This document shows positions 13,028 through 25,500 of a stretch of DNA of 64,000 bases, in pieces (position 1 is the first letter of the stretch; the number at the start of each line of letters is the position of its first letter). The stretch lies in contig NIVC01000978.1 of the NCBI GenBank assembly GCA_002269645.1, forward strand, positions 1 through 64,000. Reading direction: 5' to 3'. This stretch comes from Macrostomum lignano. Lineage: Eukaryota. The translations under genes were made by a program, and so were the position numbers. The notes under the pieces were generated by a model. It saw only the letters and a program-made list of their open reading frames with translations. It did not search any database and was not told the DNA's origin.

Positions 13028-14029
13028 GTGAGTACTAAGCACATGAGCTGACGAGTGTTTATTTTGCTAACGAGCTGGTTTATTGTGCTAAACTTTGCTC
13101 GTTGCATTTTGCGCCGTCAGACTACTTGTCTAAAACTCTAGCTGCAAATACATCTGCTTCTGCTCAGCTTGAGAAGGATTGGAGGCTCAGTGTGAGGCAT
13201 TTAAAGCTGAGGACTCATCAATACATTGACGCTGGATGAATTGGAACATTAATTAGACGCTCGCGACTTACCTTGGCTGGGTGTGTGTACGAGCGTATCT
13301 GCGCAATAATAACTAGCACGCTACATCACGCGTTATATCACGCTTACACAAAAAAACATACTTTTTAAAAAAGTTAACCGAATTTGAATGACACTTATTG
13401 GTTGAAGCAGACCGATTTTGGGTGAACAATTACTAATCTCAGGGTCATACACGGACACTAGGATAACTGTGTAGGTCGGTCAGTCGCAATAAATTTGCTC
13501 ATCTACTGTTTTCAGTAGCAAAATTAGCATTTTTTGTCTTTATAGTAGATTTTTTACGAGATATTTAAAGCCTTTGAAGCTGCAAAATCGCCTTTGACTT
13601 TCTAGAAGCAGATCCATTTGGCAGTTTTTTCTTGAATCCAGAAATTATCTAGAACGGAATGAATTCAAGATTGGAAATTGCGAGAAAACTGAAAAAACCA
13701 CAAATCAATTACGTGTGCATAGCGAGCAAGAGAGAATGGGGTTGGCGCTCCAGACCCCGTCCGTCGAAAGTCCAGCCAACTTATCTAACGGCGAACTTAA
13801 TAGGATCTCAAGATTTTCCGCATCTCGGAAGGATATGAAGCTAACGAATACTTTTTTGAGAGCGATGCTGTTCAGGAATTGAGTCATGCTGAGATGCTTC
13901 AGTTTCTTAGGTATCACTGCTACCAATAGAGGCACCATAATGACAATCATCTACTCCTACTTGTTGGAATTTTGAACATAGATGCCGATAGAGAGGTCGA
14001 TTTTCGTTCCTTCGGGGACTCGAATTTTT

Positions 14030-15188
14030 GGCCATAGACATTGGGCCGTATGCAGAAAGCTCTGTCTAGTGTAGTCCGGTCTTGAAAAGCTAGTCTGGAC
14101 TTGGATTTGGTATGCAGAAACACAAAGTTAGACCGGTATACTTTAGCAGAACTAGGCTAGCTAGACCATAGACTATAGACTGAAACACAAAGTTAGACCG
14201 GTCTACTATAGCAGAACTAGGCTAGCTAGACCATAGACTATAGACTGAAACACAAAGTTAGACCGGTCTACTATAGCAGAACTAGGCTAGCTAGACCATA
14301 GACTATAGACTGAAACACAAAGTTAGACCGGTCTACTATAGCAGAACTAGGCTAGCTAGACCATAGACTATAGACTGAAACACAAAGTTAGACCGGTCAA
14401 CTATAGCAGAACTAGGCTAGCTAGACCATAGACTATAGACTGAAACACAAAGTTAGACCGGTCTACTATAGCAGAACTAGGCTAGCTAGACCATAGACTA
14501 TAGACTGAAACACAAAGTTAGACCGGTCAACTATAGCAGAACTAGGCTAGCTAGACCATAGACTATAGACTGAAACACAAAGTTAGACCGGTCTACTATA
14601 GCAGAACTAGGCTAGCTAGACCATAGACTATAGACTGAAACACAAAGTTAGACCGGTCAACTATAGCAGAACTAGGCTAGCTAGACCATAGACTATAGAC
14701 TGAAACACAAAGTTAGACCGGTCTACTATAGCAGAACTAGGCTAGCTAGACCATAGACTATAGACTGAAACACAAAGTTAGACCGGTCAACTATAGCAGA
14801 ACTAGGCTAGCTAGACCATAGACTATAGACTGAAACACAAAGTTAGACCGGTCAACTATAGCAGAACTAGGCTAGCTAGACCATAGATTATAGACTGAAA
14901 CACAAAGTTAGACCGGTCAACTATAGCAGAACTAGGCTAGCTAGACCATAGACTATAGACTGAAACACAAAGTTAGACCGGTCTGCTATAGCAGAACTAG
15001 GCTAGCTAGACCATAGACTCTAGACTGAACTACCCAAGTCCGGACTAGCTAGTCTGGACTAGGCTTTATACATACGGCCCATTGAGTTTTAGCGGGCGCA
15101 GTTAAAATATGCTTGCTTACTTGCTTCTATGTAAGACTAATACAGTACACAGCCTTCGCAAGTCCGCTAAAACTCAATGTCTATGGCC
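14030..15188. mobile_element. Non-autonomous TIR element (MITE-like) carrying a 65-bp tandem array
   Basis: Perfect 14-bp inverted termini GGCCATAGACATTG (14030-14043) / CAATGTCTATGGCC (15175-15188). No ORF and no clear TSD. Confidence 0.6.
14117..15028. repeat. 65-bp tandem repeat, about 14 copies
   Basis: Unit GAAACACAAAGTTAGACCGGTCTACTATAGCAGAACTAGGCTAGCTAGACCATAGACTATAGACT recurs every 65 nt. Confidence 0.95.
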
Positions 15189-15329
15189 CAATGAAGAGAT
15201 CTCTAAAATACAGTACAGTCAAACTACTAGAAGTAGTATGATGAAAATATGTTAAAACCAAAATTTTTAATGTCACGCGTTCATCCCCGATTTTTAGAAG
15301 TATCATGAAAACAGCAAATGACTACACAC

Positions 15330-15778
15330 CGGCTACATCTCTAAGAGATAAGTTTATTCTGATCAGTAAGCTTTTTTCAAAGTCTTTGTTATTTAATTAT
15401 TTAGAGCTGAGTTTAATTTATTGCCAGCCGTTATTGATCAGTTGATTTCTATTGAGTTATTGAATTTGAGATCCACTGGACCGATTCCGACCCATACTCC
15501 TAGACAAATTATTTGAGTGAGTGATTTGAGAGATTTTGGTACTCTAACGTAACCGATAAGGGCACACACGACTTCGATTCCGTTATTTCTAGAAGAAGAC
15601 ACCCTTTCTGGAGTACCTCGTTACTGTTATAGAATTGATTTTGTTATTAGGGCGCACCTGATTCTGATTACTGATCTGGAGGAATACATTTACGTTGACG
15701 GATTAAATTTTTACGTCACTCAAGTGCTCGGAAGTGGGAGTTGTCGAGTTACTGATCACCACTCTTAAACTCTTCAAC
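15330..15778 (+). repeat. Dispersed repeat, possibly the 3' part of an LTR (copy 1)
   Basis: Homologous to the reverse complement of ~39416-39900 and to 61420-61468. All three stop at the same terminus ...ACTCTTCA (CA end typical of LTRs). Confidence 0.5.
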
Positions 15779-16541
15779 ATATTAGGCTTCAGTAGTGGTA
15801 CAATTTAAGAAATTAGTCACCTTCTGTTATGGCACTGACGGCTATTAGTGCATTATATTATTTTCAGAGATTTCCCATACAGACATGCTGAAAATTTACA
15901 AGCGCATTAGAGAGCCAAGAGCTCATATTGAGTTTCGAACTCGCAGTGTAGTTTGCGTCACAACTTCAATTCGGTTCATCCCTACCCCTAGTCTTTCCTT
16001 TGCTTCTCTGGCAAGCACTGACAAGAGTATGATGCCTTGCAGTAGTTTCTTTTCACGATACTATTTTTAGTAGTCCCTGGCTGGTCTACCCACGCATCTA
16101 CAGAGCAACCGTGACGGGGGGGGGGTCATGTCGGCAGGCAGCTAGATGGCCGTTTTGGCCATAAAATCTCCATTTTAACAATGACAATCATATACGCATT
16201 TGATAGATTGCACACGTATGCTCCCGCAAAGTGGTGCAAATATTTTAAAATAAATGGAAAATTCCGGCAGATTTGTTATACCCTATGGCTTCTAAATGGT
16301 TGCCAATAGCAAAAGTACAGGCCTGATCGTTCGGTATTGAGAGGGGAAAAGACGGAGTGAATAGCCCAAGGTATGAATATTCTCAGAAGTTCCAGCCCGA
16401 TATCTATAACTAATTTTAGCGATATTCCCACCCTAACATCAGGTTCAGTTCCTATGAAAATAAAGTCTGAAGTATACGTGATATTATTTGAATTTAAAAA
16501 ATAATAAACTATTGATAATTTCCTTATTCCCGTTTGACTAC

Positions 16542-19500
16542 GTGCAATCACTCGTACAATTACCTTCAGGTCTGCCCTGACATTCACTCCGAACCTCTCC
16601 TGACATTCACTTCGAATCTCTCCTGACATTCACTCCGAATCTCTCCTGACATTCACTCCGAATCTCTCCTGACATTCACTCCGAATCTCTCCTGCCATTC
16701 ACTCCGAATCTCTCCTGACATTCACTCCGAATCTCTCCTGACATTCACTCCGAATCTCTCCTGACATTCACTCCGAATCTCTCCTGACATTCACTCCGAA
16801 TCTCTCCTGACATTCACTCCGAATCTCTGCTGACATTCACTCCGAATCTCTGCTGACATTCACTCCGAATCTCTCCTGACATTCACTCCGAATCTCTGCT
16901 GACATTCACTCCGAATCTCCTGACATTCACTCCGAATCTCTCCTGACATTCACTCCGAATCTCTCCTGACATTCACTCCGAATCTCCTGACATTCACTCT
17001 GAATCTCTCCTGACATTCACTCCGAATCTCTCCTGACATTCACTCCGAATCTCTCCTGACATTCCTCCGAATATCTTCTGACATTCCTCCGAATCTCTCC
17101 TGACAATGACTCTGAATCTCTTCTGACATTCCTCCGAATCTCTCCTGACATTCCTCCGAATCTCCTGACATTCACTCCGTATCTCTCCTGACATTCACTC
17201 CGAATCTCTCCTGACATTCACTCCGAATCTCTCCTGACATTCACTCCGAATCTCTCCTGACAATCACTCTGAATCTCTTCTGACATTCCTCCGAATCTCT
17301 CCTGACATTCCTCCGAATCTCCTGACATTCACTCCGAATCTCTTCCGACATTCCTCCGAATCTCCTGACATTCCTCCGAATCTCTCCTGACATTCACTCC
17401 GAATCTCTGCTGACATTCACTCTGAATCTCTCCTGACATTCACTCCTAATCTCTCCTGACATTCACTCCGAATCTCTCCTGACATTCACTCCGAATCTCT
17501 CCTGACATTCACTCCGAATCTCTCCTGACATTCACTCCGAATCACTCCTGACATTCACTCCGAATCTCTCCTGACATTCCTCCGAATCTCCTGACATTCA
17601 CTCCGAATCTCTGTTGACATTCACTCCGAATCTCTCCTGACATTCACTCCGAATCTCTCCTGACATTCCTCCGAATCTCCTGACATTCACTCCGAATCTC
17701 TGTTGACATTCACTCCGAATCTCTCCTGACATTCACTCCGAATCTCTCCTGACATTCACTCCGAATCTCTCCTGACATTCACTCCGAATCTCTCCTGACA
17801 TTCACTCCGAATCTCTCCTGACATTCACTCCGAATCTCTGCTGACATTCACTCCGAATCTCTCCTGACATTCACTCCGAATCTCTCCTGACATTCACTCC
17901 GAATCTCTCCTGACATTCACTCCGAATCTCTCCTGACATTCACTCCGAATCTCTGCTGACATTCACTCCGAATCTCTCCTGACATTCACTCCGAATCTCC
18001 TGACATTCACTCCGAATCTCTCCTGACATTCACTCCGAATCTCTCCTGACATTCACTCCGAATCTCCTGACATTCACTCTGAATCTCTCCTGACATTCAC
18101 TCCGAATCTCTCCTGACATTCACTCCGAATCTCTCCTGACATTCCTCCGAATATCTTCTGACATTCCTCCGAATCTCTCCTGACAATGACTCTGAATCTC
18201 TTCTGACATTCCTCCGAATCTCTCCTGACATTCCTCCGAATCTCCTGACATTCACTCCGAATCTCTCCTGACATTCACTCCGAATCTCTCCTGACATTCA
18301 CTCCGAATCTCTCCTGACATTCACTCCGAATCTCTCCTGACAATCACTCTGAATCTCTTCTGACATTCCTCCGAATCTCTCCTGACATTCCTCCGAATCT
18401 CCTGACATTCACTCCGAATCTCTTCCGACATTCCTCCGAATCTCCTGACATTCCTCCGAATCTCTCCTGACATTCACTCCGAATCTCTGCTGACATTCAC
18501 TCTGAATCTCTCCTGACATTCACTCCTAATCTCTCCTGACATTCACTCCGAATCTCTCCTGACATTCACTCCGAATCTCTCCTGACATTCACTCCGAATC
18601 TCTCCTGACATTCACTCCGAATCACTCCTGACATTCACTCCGAATCTCTCCTGACATTCCTCCGAATCTCCTGACATTCACTCCGAATCTCTGTTGACAT
18701 TCACTCCGAATCTCTCCTGACATTCCTCCGAATATCTTCTGACATTCCTCCGAATCTCTCCTGACAATGACTCTGAATCTCTTCTGACATTCCTCCGAAT
18801 CTCTCCTGACATTCCTCCGAATCTCCTGACATTCACTCCGTATCTCTCCTGACATTCACTCCGAATCTCTCCTGACATTCACTCCGAATCTCTCCTGACA
18901 TTCACTCCGAATCTCTCCTGACAATCACTCTGAATCTCTTCTGACATTCCTCCGAATCTCTCCTGACATTCCTCCGAATCTCCTGACATTCACTCCGAAT
19001 CTCTTCCGACATTCCTCCGAATCTCCTGACATTCCTCCGAATCTCTCCTGACATTCACTCCGAATCTCTGCTGACATTCACTCTGAATCTCTCCTGACAT
19101 TCACTCCTAATCTCTCCTGACATTCACTCCGAATCTCTCCTGACATTCACTCCGAATCTCTCCTGACATTCACTCCGAATCTCTCCTGACATTCACTCCG
19201 AATCACTCCTGACATTCACTCCGAATCTCTCCTGACATTCCTCCGAATCTCCTGACATTCACTCCGAATCTCTGTTGACATTCACTCCGAATCTCTCCTG
19301 ACATTCACTCCGAATCTCTCCTGACATTCACTCCGAATCTCCTGACATTCACTCCGAATCTCTGTTGACATTCACTCCGAATCTCTCCTGACATTCACTC
19401 CGAATCTCTCCTGACATTCACTCCGAATCTCTCCTGACATTCACTCCGAATCTCTCCTGACATTCACTCCGAATCTCTCCTGACATTCACTCCGAATCTC

Positions 19501-22500
19501 TGCTGACATTCACTCCGAATCTCTCCTGACATTCACTCCGAATCTCTCCTGACATTCACTCCGAATCTCTCCTGACATTCACTCCGAATCTCTCCTGACA
19601 TTCACTCCGAATCTCTCTGACATTCACTCCGAATCTCTCCTGACATTCACTCCGAATCTCCTGACATTCACTCCGAATCTCTCCTGACATTCACTCCGAA
19701 TCTCTCCTGACATTCACTCCGAATCTCCTGACATTCACTCGAATCTCTCCTGACATTCACTCCGAATCTCTCCTGACATTCACTCCGAATCTCTCCTGAC
19801 ATTCACTCCGAATCTCTCCTGACATTCTCCGAATCTGACATTCCTCCGAATCTCTCCTGACAATGACTCTGAATCTCTTCTGACATTCCTCCGAATCTCT
19901 CCTGACAATCACTCTGAATCTCTTCTGACATTCCTCCGAATCTCTCCTGACATTCACTCCGAATCTCTCCTGACATTCACTCCGAATCTCTCCTGACATT
20001 CACTCCGAATCTCTCCTGACATCACTCTGAATCTCTCTGAATTCCTCCGAATCTCTCCTGACATTCCTCCGAATCTCCTGACATTCACTCCGAATCTCTT
20101 CCGACATTCCTCCGAATCTCCTGACATTCCTCCGAATCTCTCCTGACATTCACTCCGAATCTCTGCTGACATTCACTCTGAATCTCTCCTGACATTCACT
20201 CCTAATCTCTCCTGACATTCACTCCGAATCTCTCCTGACATTCACTCCGAATCTCTCCTGACATTCACTCCGAATCTCTCCTGACATTCACTCCGAATCA
20301 CTCCTGACATTCACTCCGAATCTCTCCTGACATTCCTCCGAATCTCCTGACATTCACTCCGAATCTCTGTTGACATTCACTCCGAATCTCTCCTGACATT
20401 CACTCTGAATCTCTCCTGACATTCACTCCGAATCTCTCCTGACATTCACTCCGAATCTCTCCTGACATTCACTCCGAATCTCTCCTGACATTCACTCCGA
20501 ATCTCTCCTGACATTCACTCCGAATCACTCCTGACATTCACTCCGAATCTCTCCTGACATTCCTCCGAATCTCCTGACATTCACTCCGAATCTCTGTTGA
20601 CATTCACTCCGAATCTCTCCTGACATTCACTCCGAATCTCTCCTGACATTCCTCCGAATCTCCTGACATTCACTCCGAATCTCTGTGACATTCACTCCGA
20701 ATCTCTCCTGACATTCACTCCGAATCTCTCCTGACATTCACTCCGAATCTCTCCTGACATTCACTCCGAATCTCTCCTGACATTCACTCCGAATCTCTCC
20801 TGACATTCACTCCGAATCTCTCTGACATTCACTCCGAATCTCTCCTGACATTCACTCCGAATCTCTCCTGACATTCACTCCGAATCTCTCCTGACATTCA
20901 CTCCGAATCTCTCCTGACATTCACTCCGAATCTCTCTGACATTCACTCCGAATCTCTCCTGACATTCACTCCGAATCTCCTGACATTCACTCCGAATCTC
21001 TCCTGACATTCACTCCGAATCTCTCCTGACATTCACTCCGAATCTCCTGACATTCACTCCGAATCTCTCCTGACATTCACTCCGAATCTCTCCTGACATT
21101 CACTCCGAATCTCTCCTGACATTCCTCCGAATCTCTTCTGACATTCCTCCGAATCTCTCCTGACATCACTCTGAATCTCTCTGACATTCCTCCGAATCTC
21201 TCCTGACATTCCTCCGAATCTCCTGACATTCACTCCGAATCTCTCCTGACATTCACTCCGAATCTCTCCTGACATTCACTCCGAATCTCTCCTGACATTC
21301 ACTCCGAATCTCTCCTGACATTCACTCTGAATCTCTTCTGACATTCCTCCGAATCTCTCCTGACATTCCTCCGAATCTCCTGACATTCACTCCGAATCTC
21401 TCCGACATTCCTCCGAATCTCCTGACATTCCTCCGAATCTCTCCTGACATTCCTCCGAATCTCTCCTGACATTCACTCTGAATCTCTCCTGACATTCACT
21501 CCGAATCTCTCCTGACATTCACTCCGAATCTCTCCTGACATTCACTCCGAATCTCTCCTGACATTCACTCCGAATCTCTCCTGACATTCACTCCGAATCT
21601 CTCCTGACATTCACTCCGAATCTCTCCTGACATTCACTCCGAATCTCCTGACATTCACTCCGAATCTCTTGACATTCACTCCGAATCTCTCCTGACATTC
21701 ACTCCGAATCTCTCCTGACATTCACTCCGAATCTCCTGACATTCACTCCGAATCTCTGTGACATTCACTCCGAATCTCTCCTGACATTCACTCCGAATCT
21801 CTCCTGACATTCACTCCGAATCTCTCCTGACATTCACTCCGAATCTCTCCTGACATTCACTCCGAATCTCTCCTGACATTCACTCCGAATCTCTCTGACA
21901 TTCACTCCGAATCTCTCCTGACATTCACTCCGAATCTCTCCTGACATTCACTCCGAATCTCTCCTGACATTCACTCCGAATCTCTCCTGACATTCACTCC
22001 GAATCTCTCTGACATTCACTCCGAATCTCTCCTGACATTCACTCCGAATCTCCTGACATTCACTCCGAATCTCTCCTGACATTCACTCCGAATCTCTCCT
22101 GACATTCACTCCGAATCTCCTGACATTCACTCCGAATCTCTCCTGACATTCACTCCGAATCTCTCCTGACATTCACTCCGAATCTCTCCTGACATTCACT
22201 CCGAATCTCTCCTGACATTCACTCCGAATCTCTCCTGACATTCACTCCGAATCTCTCTGACATTCCTCCGAATCTCTCCTGACATTCACTCCGAATCTCC
22301 TGACATTCACTCCGAATCTCTCCTGACATTCACTCCGAATCTCCTGACATTCACTCCGAATCTCTCCTGACATTCACTCTGAATCTCTCTGACATTCACT
22401 CCGAATCTCTCCTGACATTCACTCCGAATCTCTCCTGACATTCACTCCGAATCTCTCCTGACATTCACTCCGAATCTCTCCTGACATTCACTCCGAATCT

Positions 22501-25500
22501 CTCCTGACATTCACTCCGAATCTCTCTGACATTCACTCCGAATCTCTCCTGACATTCACTCCGAATCTCTCTGACATTCCTCCGAATCTCTCTGACATTC
22601 CTCCGAATCTCTCCTGACATCACTCTGAATCTCTCTGACATTCCTCCGAATCTCTCCTGACATTCCTCCGAATCTCCTGACATTCACTCCGAATCTCTCC
22701 TGACATTCACTCCGAATCTCTCCTGACATTCACTCCGAATCTCTCCTGACATTCACTCCGAATCTCTCCTGACATTCACTCCGAATCTCTCCTGACAATC
22801 ACTCTGAATCTCTCCTGACATTCCTCCGAATCTCTCCTGACATTCCTCCGAATCTCTCCTGACATTCACTCCGAATCTCTGCTGACATTCACTCCGAATC
22901 TCTCCTGACATTCACTCCGAATCTCTCCTGACATTCACTCCGAATCTCTCCTGACATTCACTCCGAATCTCTCCTGACATTCACTCCGAATCTCTCCTGA
23001 CATTCACTCCGAATCTCTCCTGACATTCACTCCGAATCTCTCCTGACATTCACTCTGAATCTCTCCTGACATTCCTCCGAATATCTTCTGACATTCCTCC
23101 GAATCTCTCCTGACATTCACTCGAATCTCTCTGACATTCACTCCGAATCTCTCCTGACATTCCTCCGAATCTCCTGACATTCACTCCGAATCTCTCCTGA
23201 CATTCACTCCGAATCTCTCCTGACATTCACTCCGAATCTCTCCTGACATTCACTCCGAATCTCTCCTGACATTCACTCCGAATCTCTCCTGACATTCACT
23301 CCGAATCTCTCCTGACATTCCTCCGAATCTCTCCTGACATTCCTCCGAATCTCTCCTGACATTCACTCCGAATCTCTGCTGACATTCACTCCGAATCTCT
23401 CCTGACATTCACTCCGAATCTCTCCTGACATTCCTCCGAATATCTTCTGACATTCCTCCGAATCTCTCCTGACATTCACTCCGAATCTCTCTGACATTCC
23501 TCCGAATCTCTCCTGACATTCACTCCGAATCTCCTGACATTCACTCCGAATCTCTCCTGACATTCACTCCGAATCTCTCCTGACATTCACTCCGAATCTC
23601 TCTGACATTCACTCCGAATCTCTCCTGACATTCACTCCGAATCTCTCTGACATTCACTCCGAATCTCTCCTGACATTCCTCCGAATCTCCTGACATTCAC
23701 TCCGAATCTCTCCTGACATTCACTCCGAATCTCCTGACATTCACTCCGAATCTCTCCTGACATTCACTCCGAATCTCTCCTGACATTCACTCCGAATCTC
23801 TCCTGACATTCACTCCGAATCTCTCCTGACATTCACTCCGAATCTCTCCTGACATTCACTCCGAATCTCTCCTGACATTCACTCCGAATCTCTCCTGACA
23901 TTCACTCCGAATCTCTCCTGACATTCACTCCGAATCTCTCCTGACATTCACTCCGAATCTCTCCTGACATTCACTCCGAATCTCTCCTGACATTCACTCC
24001 GAATCTCTCCTGACATTCACTCCGAATCTCTCCTGACATTCACTCCGAATCTCTCCTGACATTCACTCCGAATCTCTCCTGACATTCACTCCGAATCTCT
24101 CCTGACATTCACTCCGAATCTCTCCTGACATTCACTCCGAATCTCTCCTGACATTCACTCCGAATCTCTCCTGACATTCACTCCGAATCTCTCCTGACAT
24201 TCACTCCGAATCTCTCCTGACATTCACTCCGAATCTCTCCTGACATTCACTCCGAATCTCTCCTGACATTCACTCCGAATCTCTCCTGACATTCACTCCG
24301 AATCTCTCCTGACATTCACTCCGAATCTCTCCTGACATTCACTCCGAATCTCTCCTGACATTCACTCCGAATCTCTCCTGACATTCACTCCGAATCTCTC
24401 CTGACATTCACTCCGAATCTCTCCTGACATTCACTCCGAATCTCTCCTGACATTCACTCCGAATCTCTCCTGACATTCACTCCGAATCTCTCCTGACATT
24501 CACTCCGAATCTCTCCTGACATTCACTCCGAATCTCTCCTGACATTCACTCCGAATCTCTCCTGACATTCACTCCGAATCTCTCCTGACATTCACTCCGA
24601 ATCTCTCCTGACATTCACTCCGAATCTCTCCTGACATTCACTCCGAATCTCTCCTGACATTCACTCCGAATCTCTCCTGACATTCACTCCGAATCTCTCC
24701 TGACATTCACTCCGAATCTCTCCTGACATTCACTCCGAATCTCTCCTGACATTCACTCCGAATCTCTCCTGACATTCACTCCGAATCTCTCCTGACATTC
24801 ACTCCGAATCTCTCCTGACATTCACTCCGAATCTCTCCTGACATTCACTCCGAATCTCTCCTGACATTCACTCCGAATCTCTCCTGACATTCACTCCGAA
24901 TCTCTCCTGACATTCACTCCGAATCTCTCCTGACATTCACTCCGAATCTCTCCTGACATTCACTCCGAATCTCTCCTGACATTCACTCCGAATCTCTCCT
25001 GACATTCACTCCGAATCTCTCCTGACATTCACTCCGAATCTCTCCTGACATTCACTCCGAATCTCTCCTGACATTCACTCCGAATCTCTCCTGACATTCA
25101 CTCCGAATCTCTCCTGACATTCACTCCGAATCTCTCCTGACATTCACTCCGAATCTCTCCTGACATTCACTCCGAATCTCTCCTGACATTCACTCCGAAT
25201 CTCTCCTGACATTCACTCCGAATCTCTCCTGACATTCCTCCGAATCTCTCCTGACATTCCTCCGAATCTCTCCTGACATTCCTCCGAATCTCCTGACATT
25301 CACTCCGAATCTCTCCTGACATTCACTCCGAATCTCTCCTGACATTCACTCCGAATCTCTCCTGACATTCACTCCGAATCTCTCCTGACATTCACTCCGA
25401 ATCTCTCCTGACATTCACTCCGAATCTCTCCTGACATTCACTCCGAATCTCTCCTGACATTCACTCCGAATCTCTCCTGACATTCACTCCGAATCTCTCC

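Noticed and set aside
15271-15778. Complete solo LTR starting TGTCACG
   Set aside because: No matching TSD, and the first 60 nt do not align to the second copy; only the 3' part is retained as a feature.
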